From NCBI RefSeq assembly GCF_028291725.1, contig NZ_JAQGNT010000062.1:2966-66965 (forward strand): a stretch of 64,000 nucleotides of DNA. The letters run 5' to 3'. This DNA comes from Hydrocarboniphaga sp. (GTDB taxonomy: Bacteria; Pseudomonadota; Gammaproteobacteria; Nevskiales; Nevskiaceae). The notes under the pieces are model-generated. The model saw nothing but the letters and a program-made list of their open reading frames with translations, did no database searches and was not told the origin of the DNA. Shown piece by piece: positions 10,864 to 19,675 of this stretch (positions are counted from its first letter, which is position 1; each line of letters starts with the position of its first letter). Both the position numbers and the translations under genes were made by a program.

Positions 10864-11022
10864 GCGGCATCGGCACCGCCGTCGCGCAGCGCCTGGCGAC
10901 CGACGGCTTACGCCATGGTCGTCAACAAGGCCGGCAACGCCGCCGCGGTCGCCTTCCTGGCTGGCCCGGACGGCGGCTGGAACAACCATCAGACCCTGCG
11001 CGCCCACGACGGCATGGTCTGA
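10864..11022 (+). pseudogene. collapsed short-chain dehydrogenase (SDR) remnant
   Basis: GIGTAVAQRLATDG, a frameshift, then YAMVVNKAGNAAA joined directly to the C-terminal VAFLAGPDGGW...LRAHDGMV. Confidence 0.7.
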
Positions 11023-11139
11023 GAAATCCCCAGTAAATCGGCTGCGGCGAGCCGATGGGTAACTCGGTCGGTCGGGCGGGCGGGCGCGAGCGACCGCTGG
11101 CCGAGGCTCCGCGAGGCCGCTCGGCGTAGCCTGGATTAC

Positions 11140-11169
11140 TAAAACTTACTTACTGATTGATAAGTTTTA
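11140..11169. promoter_or_regulatory. AT-rich operator-like inverted repeat TAAAACTTA-N12-TAAGTTTTA
   Basis: Perfect 9-bp inverted repeat about 100 bp upstream of the 80-aa ORF. Confidence 0.55.
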
Positions 11170-11271
11170 ACAATGGCGAGCATTACAACTGACGATTGGG
11201 AAAGCGGAGGCCGCGCCCTCAGAATTCCTCCCATCGCAGCAAGATCTGCCGTCAGCTTCAAGGAGTCACCC

Positions 11272-11514
11272 ATGAAAACCATCTTCCCCAGCCTTTCCAG
11301 CCTGTTCGTCACCTGGGCGTCCGCCGGCCAGTACGGCGAGGTCGCCGAGATCGATGCCACCGGCGACGAAGCTCCCGCCGCGCCCGGCAAGGTCCACACC
11401 CTGGCCAGCGGCAACCGCAAGAAGGCCGTCGGCGGCGTTCAGCAGTTCGGCGTCAGCGTCGGCGAGCCGAAGTACATTGACGGCTCGATGCTGGTGAAGC
11501 GCAAGATCGCCTGA
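11272..11514 (+). CDS. 80-aa hypothetical protein
   Basis: AAGGAG RBS, GC3-rich codons, followed directly by an intrinsic terminator. Confidence 0.75.
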   Translation: MKTIFPSLSSLFVTWASAGQYGEVAEIDATGDEAPAAPGKVHTLASGNRKKAVGGVQQFGVSVGEPKYIDGSMLVKRKIA

Positions 11515-11532
11515 CAACAGGCTGCATCGGCC

Positions 11533-11570
11533 AAGGCCCATCGCTCGCAGGAGCGATGGGCCTTTTTGTT
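11533..11570 (+). terminator. intrinsic terminator
   Basis: AAGGCCCATCGCTC-GCAG-GAGCGATGGGCCTT followed by a T run. Confidence 0.85.
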
Positions 11571-11697
11571 GTCGCGACACTGATTTGCGCTGCGTTCAGC
11601 AGCGACCGTCGAGAATGAATTTCTTACATCGAAAGCATCGAAAGCTTTGATATCTGCGATCGGGCAATCGGATATCAAACTATTTTGAAATCACCCT

Positions 11698-11724
11698 GAA
11701 CTTATTGCCTGCATGCCTCTCTAA
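11698..11724 (+). promoter_or_regulatory. sigmaE (RpoE/AlgU)-type promoter
   Basis: GAACTT-N16-TCTAA, matching the established RpoE consensus. Confidence 0.7.
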
Positions 11725-11730
11725 TCCTGT

Positions 11731-11852
11731 GAATGTGGATCTCTCCCTTTTCACATTCTCCGTCTTCACTCCCTAGACGGATCTGGTTTCCCCAAGCCAG
11801 AAACTCTTGCCTCGCGAGTCCCACCCCTGGCTCGCGGGGCATTTTCTTTTTT
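11731..11852 (+). ncRNA. candidate sRNA with four C-rich-loop hairpins
   Basis: Four consecutive stems with loops UCUCUCCCUU, UCACUCCCU, CCCC and CCACCCCU. The last stem is followed by a U-tract. Starts just after the sigmaE -10 element. Confidence 0.7.
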
Positions 11853-11869
11853 GCGGCGCAATTTTCAGC

Positions 11870-11923
11870 GAGGCCTCGGTTGCGCATCGGGCCGCGCACG
11901 TCGGCAAAGGATTGCCGACCTAC
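11870..11923. repeat. truncated REP family A (spacer plus one arm)
   Basis: GTCGGCAAAGGATTGCCGACCTAC at 11900-11923. Confidence 0.85.
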
Positions 11924-12030
11924 GGTGCGACGTAACAGTCCCGATACCTTGCCGCGGTGATCGCAGCCGAGTGGCGGCTCTACAATAGCCGCCCGAAACG
12001 AACACCTCAGCTTGCAAGGATCAACGGCTT

Positions 12031-14010
12031 ATGTGGATCGAACTTCCGCCACGCAGACGGCGGACATTCGAAGCAGTCAGGGACGTATACGAGGAAAAAC
12101 GCAGCTTCGCCCAGCGCGTCACCGTCGCGGTAGTGCTCGTACTGCTGATGGTCGGTCTCCTCGTCGGCAAGCTGGTCGGCATCCAGTTGCTGCAACACGA
12201 CTACTACTCGACTCGCGCCGACGCCAACCGCACCCGCCTGGTGCCGGTGGCGCCGGTGCGCGGCCTGATCTACGACCGTAACGGCGTCGTGCTGGCGCAG
12301 AACCAGGCGAGCTTCGTACTCGAAATCACGCCGGAGAAAGTCCAGGGTCTGGACGACACGCTCAAACGCCTGGCGTCCGACGTGCGCATCACCGACCGCG
12401 ACATCGCACGCTTCAAGGATCGCATGCGGCGCACGCCGCGCTATCGTGCGGTACCGCTGCGCACGCATCTGTCGCTGGAGGAAGTCGCGCGCTTCGAGCA
12501 GGACCGCTACGAGTACCAGGGCGTCGAGGTCAGCGCGCAGCTATCGCGCGAATATCCGATGGATACCCAGACCGCGCACCTGATCGGCTACGTCGGCGGC
12601 ATATCGGAGGCCGACTACGCCAACCTCGATCCCGACCAGTACCAGGGCCTGAACCAGATCGGCAAATCCGGCATCGAGCAGAGCCATGAAGACGAGCTGC
12701 GCGGCAGCCCCGGCAGCAAGGTGATGGAAGTCAATGCCGACGGCCGGCCTCTGAACGAGCTCGGCTATCGCCCGGGCAAGGGCGGCAAGGATCTGGTGCT
12801 GTCGATCGACGCCAGGCTGCAGAGCGTGACCGTGCAGGAGTTCGCGGATCTGGATGGCGCGGCCGTCGCGATCGATCCGAAAACCGGCGAAGTGCTGGCG
12901 CTGGTCAGCACGCCGGGTTTCTCGCCGGCGCCTTTCGTCGACGGCATCGACAACGACTCCTACCAGGCGCTGCTGAGCGATCCGCGGCGGCCACTGTACA
13001 ACCGTGCGGTGCTCGGAACCTATCCCTCGGGCTCGACGATCAAGCCGTTTCTGGGCATCGCCGGCCTGTACTACGGCGCCATCAGCACGACCAAGACGAT
13101 CTTCGATCCGGGCTATTTCCAGCTGCCCGGCGTGGCGCGCAAGTATCGCTGCGACCGCCGCAGCGGCCACGGCTGGCTGGCGCTGGACCAGGCGATCGCG
13201 CAGTCCTGCGACGTCTACTTCTATCAGACCGCGGTGAACCTCGGCATCGATCACATCGACGAAATGCTGGCCCGCTTCGGCTTCGGCAAACTGACCGGCG
13301 TCGATATCCCCAACGAGAAGGCCGGCATCCTGCCGTCGCGCGAATGGAAGCGCCGCGTCTACCGGCAGAACTGGTATCTGGGCGAGACCGTGAACATGGG
13401 CGTCGGCCAGGGTTATTTCACGGTGACGCCGATGGAGCTGGCGCAGGCCGCGGCGCGCCTGTCCACGCGCGGCGGTGGCTTCAAACCGCACCTGGTTCAC
13501 GCAAGCATCGATACCGCAACCGGCGAGAAGCGGGAACAGCTACCCGAAGCACTGCCGCCGATCTCGGACGTCGCGCCGGCGATCTACGACGAGGTGATCC
13601 GCGCGATGGGCATGGCGACTCAGGGCCCGACCGGCACCGCCTACGCAGTGTTCAAGGACGCGCCTTACACCGTCGGCGGCAAGACCGGCACCGCCCAGGT
13701 CGCCGGCCTGCGCCAGGACGAGGCCTACGCGCCGAAGATCGACCGCATCCCCAAACATCTGCGCGATCATGCGCTGTTCATCGCGTTCGCGCCGATCACC
13801 GATCCGAAGATCGCGGTCGCCGTGATCGTCGAGCACGCCGGCTTCGGCGCGACCTCGGCCGCGCCGATCGCGCGCCAGATGATCGACCAGTACCTGCTCG
13901 GCAAGGTGCTGTTCCGCGCGCCGCAGCCGGTGGTGCTGGCGACGCCCGAAGAGCAGGCGCCGGCCGATGCCGACGACGCCGTTCCCGACCCGGCGCCACC
14001 GGCGCAGTAG
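12031..14010 (+). CDS. mrdA: penicillin-binding protein 2
   Basis: N-terminal TM, RGLIYDRNG, STIK (SxxK), SCD, KTGTAQ. Confidence 0.92.
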   Translation: MWIELPPRRRRTFEAVRDVYEEKRSFAQRVTVAVVLVLLMVGLLVGKLVGIQLLQHDYYSTRADANRTRLVPVAPVRGLIYDRNGVVLAQNQASFVLEITPEKVQGLDDTLKRLASDVRITDRDIARFKDRMRRTPRYRAVPLRTHLSLEEVARFEQDRYEYQGVEVSAQLSREYPMDTQTAHLIGYVGGISEADYANLDPDQYQGLNQIGKSGIEQSHEDELRGSPGSKVMEVNADGRPLNELGYRPGKGGKDLVLSIDARLQSVTVQEFADLDGAAVAIDPKTGEVLALVSTPGFSPAPFVDGIDNDSYQALLSDPRRPLYNRAVLGTYPSGSTIKPFLGIAGLYYGAISTTKTIFDPGYFQLPGVARKYRCDRRSGHGWLALDQAIAQSCDVYFYQTAVNLGIDHIDEMLARFGFGKLTGVDIPNEKAGILPSREWKRRVYRQNWYLGETVNMGVGQGYFTVTPMELAQAAARLSTRGGGFKPHLVHASIDTATGEKREQLPEALPPISDVAPAIYDEVIRAMGMATQGPTGTAYAVFKDAPYTVGGKTGTAQVAGLRQDEAYAPKIDRIPKHLRDHALFIAFAPITDPKIAVAVIVEHAGFGATSAAPIARQMIDQYLLGKVLFRAPQPVVLATPEEQAPADADDAVPDPAPPAQ

Positions 14011-14099
14011 CGCGGCGGACCCGCGCCAGACGTGAGCCAGTTCTCATGTTGGGTCCGGGACTGATAAGTTGTGGGGGCGCCCCTCGCCGACACAGCGGA

Positions 14100-14654
14100 T
14101 GACCGACAGGCTGGCCCAGGATTGCAGTGTGCTGCTCATCGACGTCGCCGGCTCGGTGCAGCTGCGCCGCGACGTCGGTGAGGTGGCCGCCGGCCGCCAG
14201 ATCATGCACTTACTGGACTCGGCCATCGCCACCGCACGCGCGCACGGCGCGAGCTTCATCAAGGCCTACGGCGACGACATGCTCGCGATCTTCGAAAACG
14301 ATGCGATCGCTGCCGCCGCCAATGTAGCGATACTGGCGCGCCTTGACATTCGACGGTGACGAGAAAAAGCACCGGCTCGGGCGCGGCCCCGCCTGTGAAC
14401 TGCCGATCGCCGATCCCGAACTGCGCATTTCGACCACACACCTGGTCGTCGATTGCATCGATGGCTACTGGTTCGTGCAGGACATCAGCCGCAATGGCTC
14501 CTGGCTGCTCAGCGCCGACAGCGCACACGAGATGCAAATGCCCTACTGCCAGAGGGCGATGCTGCCGCAATCCGGCAGCCTGTCGCTGGGCCGGCCGGCG
14601 TCGCTCGATCCGGCGCAGCAGTTCTCGGTCCGGTTCAGAATCGAGCCGGCCTGA
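14100..14654 (+). pseudogene. adenylate/guanylate cyclase-FHA protein, internally deleted and frameshifted
   Basis: LLIDVAGSV...IKAYGDDMLAIF (class III cyclase N-half) then, in another frame, the FHA motifs LGR, ISTTH and QDISRNGS. Confidence 0.7.
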
Positions 14655-14681
14655 AACGCAAGCTATTCCACATGCTGCCAG

Positions 14682-15121
14682 CCGAATTCCCGGGCATTGC
14701 GCGCAACCGTTCCATGCCGGGCGGCGTGGTCATTCCGGTGCTGTACTACCCGAGCGCAGTCGACGCGGCACGCTGGCTGTGCGAGGCCTTCGGTTTCAGC
14801 GAAAGACTCCGGATTGGCGGGCATCGCGTGCAGATCGACATCGGCGGCGCAGCCGGCGCGGTCGTCGCGGCGATGCGTCCCGATGCATATCCGGCCGCGG
14901 AAAATAGCGGCCATTCGCTGATGGTCCGCATCGACGATGTCGATGCGCATTGCGCGCGGGCGCAATCCCGGGGAGCACGCATCCTGGCAGCGCCGGCGGA
15001 CTATCCCTATGGCGAACGGCAATATTCCGTGGCCGATTGCGGCGGCCACGCCTGGACGTTTTCACAGACGCTCGCCGACATCGACCCGGCGAGCTGGGGC
15101 GGTGTCGAGCCGCCGTTTTGA
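14682..15121 (+). CDS. VOC/glyoxalase family protein
   Basis: WLCEAFGF, VRIDDVDAHCARA, DYPYGERQYSVADCGGHAWTF. Start uncertain (14672-14714). Confidence 0.8.
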
Positions 15122-15139
15122 TCCAAACGATGGCCCACG

Positions 15140-15754
15140 CTACTCGGCCTTGATCGACTCCATCTGGATGCGCAGGGTCACGTCCATCTTGAACCCGTAG
15201 TCCTTGCCGGCCGTCAGTCCAAAGTCATCACGCTTGAACGTGGCGATCGCGTCGGCGCCGCAGAGTTCGCGCTTGAGCATCGGATGCGGGATGCAATTGA
15301 ACAGATCGATATTCAGCACCAGCGGCTTGGTCACGCCGTGCAGGTTCAGATCGCCGACGACATGGGTCGGGTACCCGTTGACGAAGTCGGTGAGCCGGCC
15401 CTTGTAAGTCGCCTTCGGATATTTCGCGACGTCGAAAAATTCGTCCGACACCGCGTGCTCGTTCATTTTCTTGTGGCCGAAATCGACACTGGACAGGTCG
15501 ACGACGACATCGACGCTGCCGGTCTTGGCCTCGCGATCGAGCACCATGCTGCCGCTGCTGCGGTCGAACTTGCCGCGCCAGACCGACACGCCCATGTGGT
15601 CGGCCTCGAAGCTCGGGAACGTATGCTCCGGGTCCATCTTGTAGGTCGCCGGCGCGGCGCTGGCAAAGCTCACCGGCAGCAGCACCAGCAGCGGGATCAG
15701 TATCTTTCCCGGCATTTTTTTCGGCATCTTCTTCGGCGTCGGCATGGCGTTCAT
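15140..15754 (-). CDS. YceI family periplasmic lipid/polyisoprenoid-binding protein
   Basis: Signal peptide, [26 protein letters not shown]. Confidence 0.88.
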   Translation of the reverse strand: MNAMPTPKKMPKKMPGKILIPLLVLLPVSFASAAPATYKMDPEHTFPSFEADHMGVSVWRGKFDRSSGSMVLDREAKTGSVDVVVDLSSVDFGHKKMNEHAVSDEFFDVAKYPKATYKGRLTDFVNGYPTHVVGDLNLHGVTKPLVLNIDLFNCIPHPMLKRELCGADAIATFKRDDFGLTAGKDYGFKMDVTLRIQMESIKAE

Positions 15755-16404
15755 TCCTCCGGAAATATCTTCAGGTAAGGCTCAGCTTCGCACAGTACGC
15801 GCGCGTACGACGGACGTTGCTGCAGGCGGTCGAAGTAGGCCGCGATATTCGGATACTGGCCGCGGAACGGCTGCACTTTTTCCGCATAGAACAGCGCCGG
15901 CGCCGCCGAGCAATCCGCCATCGTGAAGTCGGCGCCCAGCGCCCAGGTGCGCGTCGCCATCTGCGCATCGATCAGTGCATAGGCGGTGTTCAGGCCGGCG
16001 CGCGCCGCCGCAACGCCAAATGCATCGCGTTGCCCGGCCGGACGCAGCCGGTCGCCGACGATCTTCTGCATCGGTTCGCTGACGTAGTGATCATAGAAGC
16101 GGTCCAGCAGCCGGATATCGCGCGCGGTCTCGGCGTCGGCCGACATCAGCGCGCTGCGGCCGGGATGATGCAGCGCCAGATACTCGATGATGATGCTCGA
16201 CTCCGGCACGAGCCGGTCGCGGGCCTCGTCGCGCAGTACCGGGAACTTGCCGATCGGCCAGATCTTCAGAAAGTCGCCACGCGAGGTTTCATTGCCCAGA
16301 TCGACGATCACCGGCTCGAACGCCGCGCCGCTTTCGTAAAGCGCAATCAGCACTTTCTGGCAGAACGATGACATCGGGTGCAGGTACACGGTCAGTGTCA
16401 TCAC
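15751..16404 (-). CDS. glutathione S-transferase family protein
   Basis: [28 protein letters not shown]. Confidence 0.9.
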   Translation of the reverse strand: MMTLTVYLHPMSSFCQKVLIALYESGAAFEPVIVDLGNETSRGDFLKIWPIGKFPVLRDEARDRLVPESSIIIEYLALHHPGRSALMSADAETARDIRLLDRFYDHYVSEPMQKIVGDRLRPAGQRDAFGVAAARAGLNTAYALIDAQMATRTWALGADFTMADCSAAPALFYAEKVQPFRGQYPNIAAYFDRLQQRPSYARVLCEAEPYLKIFPEE

Positions 16405-16414
16405 GCCTCTCCCG

Positions 16415-16771
16415 TCAGAGCTGCACCAACGGCTTGAAGCCGCCCCAGAACATGCGCTTGCCGTCGAAAGGCGCGTTCTGCGGGCCCATGCCGGCGAGCC
16501 GCGGATCGCTCATCACCTTGGCATTGATGCGGTCACGATCACTGCGCGACTTGTAGATGATGTAGGAGAAGATCACGACCTCGTCGGGCTTGAGCTTCAC
16601 GCTCTGCGGGAACGAGGTCAGCTTGCCGGGCAGCACGTCGTCGGCGATCCATTCCCGGTATTCCAGCGCACCGTATTCGCGCCAGATCTTGCCGGCCTTG
16701 CGCGCCAGGCGACGATACGCGGCGAGATTCGCCTTGGGTACCGGCACCACGAATCCATCGACGTAAGCCAT
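16415..16771 (-). CDS. DUF1428 (YbaA-like) protein
   Basis: MAYVDGFVVPVP...PFDGKRMFWGGF; GAGGAG RBS. Confidence 0.9.
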   Translation of the reverse strand: MAYVDGFVVPVPKANLAAYRRLARKAGKIWREYGALEYREWIADDVLPGKLTSFPQSVKLKPDEVVIFSYIIYKSRSDRDRINAKVMSDPRLAGMGPQNAPFDGKRMFWGGFKPLVQL

Positions 16772-16794
16772 GAATATTCTCCTCGCAGGTCTTC

Positions 16795-16818
16795 GTAGGT
16801 CGGCAATCCCTTGCCGAC
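16795..16818. repeat. single REP family A
   Basis: GTAGGTCGGCAATCCCTTGCCGAC. Confidence 0.85.
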
Positions 16819-16849
16819 GTGTACTACGAATCCCAACAGGACACATCAC

Positions 16850-18208
16850 TCACGTCAAGCGCGGCAGCCACACGCCGACGCGCAGGCCGCCGCCTTCACG
16901 ATCGTCCAGCAGCAGGCGGCCACCGTAGCGCCTGACGATATCGGCGACGATCGCCAGGCCCAGGCCCGAGCCCTGCACGTCCAGCGTGCGCGCCTGGTCG
17001 AGCCGGTAGAACGGCTCGAGCACCAGCTCGCGCTGATCAGCCGGAATACCGGGGCCGCGATCCTCGATGCGGATCTCGGCCTCGCTGCCGCGCTCGATCA
17101 CGCTGAGTTCGGCCGCGCCGGCGTGCTTCAGCGCATTGCCGATCAGGTTGTCGAGCACCCGTGCCAGCGCCGCGCCGCGCACCGCGACGAAGATCGGCGA
17201 CAGCGGCGGCGTGAACGACACCGGCTGCTGCAGCTCCCGGTACGAGTCGGCCTGCTGTTGCGCGATCTTCACCACGTCCACCGGCTCGGCAACTTCGACG
17301 GCCGAATCGAGCCGCGCCAGCGTCAGCGTGTCGCGCAGCAACTGCTGCATGTGGCCGAGATCGAGAACGGCGCGCTCGCGCTGCGTCGCGTCATCGATGT
17401 ATTCGACGCGTAGCCGCAGCCGCGTCAGATAGGTGCCGAGATCGTGGCTGATCGCGGCGAGCATGCGCGTGCGGCCGTCGAGCAGGCCGCGCACGCGATC
17501 GCGCATCAGGTCGAAGGCGGTCACCAGCTGCTGCACTTCCCGCACGTTCGAGCGCGGCAGGGCGGCACCGTCGATCTGCTGGCCAAAGCGCTCGACCGCG
17601 CCGGCCAGGGTTTCCAGCGGGCGGACCTGGCGCTTCAGGCTCCAGGCCGAGAACAGCACGGTCAACAGGATCAGCAGCGCGGTGCCGGTGACCAGTTGCC
17701 CGGCCAGCGGTCGCGCCAGCAGGCCGCTGTGGATGTCGATGATCGCGACCCGGCCGTCGCGCAGCTCCACGCGCAATTGCAGCGGCTGCCCGGTGCGCAG
17801 GCTGTTGCGGCCCAGCAGCGCCGCGAGCCGGCCGCGCGGCGGCTGCGCGGTGCCGGCCGCCGCGCCGACACCGATATCGACACGACGATCGCCCAGCTCG
17901 CGCTTCAGCAGGTACAACACGGCAGGGAAATCCGCCTCGGCGGCGGCGGGTTCGACCCAGCCGCCCGGCTGCAGACGCACATCGAGATCGTCGTCGTCGC
18001 TCAAGGACCGCAGCAGCCAATACTCCGCCGTCGGCGGACTCGCCTCCAGCAGCTTGACGATCGCGGCGACGCGCGCCGGCAGCGGCAGAACCGGGTCTTC
18101 GCTGCTCTCGGCCTCGCGCTGCAGCAGGAACGCGCCGCCGGTGATCAGCATCGCCAGCAGCATCGCGCCGACCATCACCACGGTCACGCGCAGCGTCAGG
18201 CCGAACAT
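16850..18208 (-). CDS. sensor histidine kinase
   Basis: Two TMs, HAMP, AISHDL H-box, NLIGNALKH, DRGPG, GSGLGLAIV. Confidence 0.92.
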   Translation of the reverse strand: MFGLTLRVTVVMVGAMLLAMLITGGAFLLQREAESSEDPVLPLPARVAAIVKLLEASPPTAEYWLLRSLSDDDDLDVRLQPGGWVEPAAAEADFPAVLYLLKRELGDRRVDIGVGAAAGTAQPPRGRLAALLGRNSLRTGQPLQLRVELRDGRVAIIDIHSGLLARPLAGQLVTGTALLILLTVLFSAWSLKRQVRPLETLAGAVERFGQQIDGAALPRSNVREVQQLVTAFDLMRDRVRGLLDGRTRMLAAISHDLGTYLTRLRLRVEYIDDATQRERAVLDLGHMQQLLRDTLTLARLDSAVEVAEPVDVVKIAQQQADSYRELQQPVSFTPPLSPIFVAVRGAALARVLDNLIGNALKHAGAAELSVIERGSEAEIRIEDRGPGIPADQRELVLEPFYRLDQARTLDVQGSGLGLAIVADIVRRYGGRLLLDDREGGGLRVGVWLPRLT

Positions 18209-18927
18209 CAGATGCGCTCGACCGGCACCGCCAGCATGTAGCCGCCATTGCGCACCGTCTTGACGATCGCCGGATGCGCCGGGTCGAGCTCGATCTTGCG
18301 GCGCAGCCGCGACAAGGCGACGTCGATCGAGCGATCGAAAGCCTCCCAGCTGCGGCCACGCGTCAGATCCATCAGCTGGTCGCGCGTCAGCACGCGCTGC
18401 GGATGGCGTACCAGCACCGATAGCAGATCGTAGTCGCCGGCCGATAGTTCGATCTCGCCGCCATCGGCGCGATTGAGCTGGCGCGCGGACAGGTCGAACT
18501 CGAACTCCGCAAAGCGCACGCGTTCGGCCGGGATCAACGACGTCGCCGCCGATACCGCCGGCGCGGTACGGCGCAGCACCGCGCGGATACGCGCCAGCAG
18601 CTCGCGCGGATTGAAGGGCTTGGGCAGATAGTCGTCGGCGCCCATCTCCAGGCCGATGATGCGGTCCAGATCATCGGCCTTGGCGGTCAGCATCACGATC
18701 GGGATGCCACTGCCGGCGCTGAGGCGGCGGCAGATCGACAGGCCGTCTTCGCCTGGCAGCATCAGGTCGAGCACCACCAACTCGGCACGGCGCTCGCTCA
18801 GCGACTGATCCATCTGCACCGCCGAGCGCACCCAAACCACGTCATAGCCTTCGCGCTGCAGCAGGCCCTGTACCAGAGGACCGATTTCGCGGTCGTCTTC
18901 GACGATCAGAATACGGGTCGCCAGCAT
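18208..18927 (-). CDS. OmpR-family response regulator
   Basis: LIVEDD, LDLMLPG, KPF, RSIDVALSRLRRKIE, TVRNGGY. Confidence 0.93.
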   Translation of the reverse strand: MLATRILIVEDDREIGPLVQGLLQREGYDVVWVRSAVQMDQSLSERRAELVVLDLMLPGEDGLSICRRLSAGSGIPIVMLTAKADDLDRIIGLEMGADDYLPKPFNPRELLARIRAVLRRTAPAVSAATSLIPAERVRFAEFEFDLSARQLNRADGGEIELSAGDYDLLSVLVRHPQRVLTRDQLMDLTRGRSWEAFDRSIDVALSRLRRKIELDPAHPAIVKTVRNGGYMLAVPVERI

Positions 18928-18988
18928 GCGGACTCCTGGAAGGTTGTGAGCCGCGTTATAAGCGAAATCCGCCGATTTCCGCGCGCTT

Positions 18989-19011
18989 GTTACATCGTGT
19001 CACACGCCGAC
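18989..19011 (+). promoter_or_regulatory. possible OmpR-family direct-repeat site (GTTACA-N4-GTCACA)
   Basis: Repeats with a 10-bp period in the gap between the regulator and the divergent desaturase remnant. Confidence 0.4.
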
Positions 19012-19051
19012 ACCGCGGTGATATCGGACGGAGGCGCGACAGGCGGATGGT

Positions 19052-19453
19052 ATGACCATTGGATTAGCGGAACACCACGGCGCGCTCGGCTTTATCCTGC
19101 TGTTCGTCGTCGTCGTCGACGTCGCCTACTACGCCTTCCACCGCACCAGCCATCGCGTGCGCTGGCTGTGGGCAACCCACTCGGCGCATCACCGCGTGCA
19201 TCACGCCTGCAACCCGGAGCGGATCAACCACAATTTCGGCGGCGCGCTGATCGTCTGGGACCGGATGTTCGGCAGCTATGCCCACAGCGACCGACACGCG
19301 CCGCTGCGCTACGGTATCGACGGTGTCAGCCCGCGCTACAACGCGCTCGCCATCGCATTTGCGGAGTGGCGACAGCTGTTGACCGACATGCATCGGGCGG
19401 GTGGGCCGATCGCCGCGGTACGTACTGCGCTGTCGAGGCCAAGGGCGGCTTAG
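19052..19453 (+). pseudogene. sterol desaturase/fatty-acid hydroxylase, internally deleted
   Basis: YYAFHRTSHRVRWLWATHSAHH runs straight into RVHHACN...NFGG...WDRMFG; the segment between His boxes is missing. Confidence 0.7.
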
Positions 19454-19579
19454 CCGCCAGGCTTCACACTACGGTTACTGCGCGGATATGCCGGACGCCA
19501 GGTAGCAAAAGTTGCTCGCTCCGCATGACATAAAGAATGAACACTTTTCGTCCCGCCACACGATAGAAAATCCGGCAAA

Positions 19580-19675
19580 CATGCCTCGGTGGAGAGATTA
19601 CCGCAACTCGATCGCGACGGACGTTTCAAACGGCTGCGCAATTCGATCTGCTGGCTGTTCTCGCCCTATCTCTGA
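19580..19675 (+). pseudogene. probable 3' remnant of a cardiolipin synthase gene
   Basis: Reads ...GRFKRLRNSICWLFSPYL*, which resembles Cls C-termini; no upstream ORF. Confidence 0.45.

Noticed and set aside
11611..11630. Possible Fur box GAGAATGAATTTCTTAC
   Set aside because: Only about 10 of 19 positions match the consensus.
11731..11852. Minus-strand reading as a Csr/Rsm-type sRNA with GGA loops
   Set aside because: The promoter and the U-tract both lie on the plus strand, and only two loops would carry GGA.
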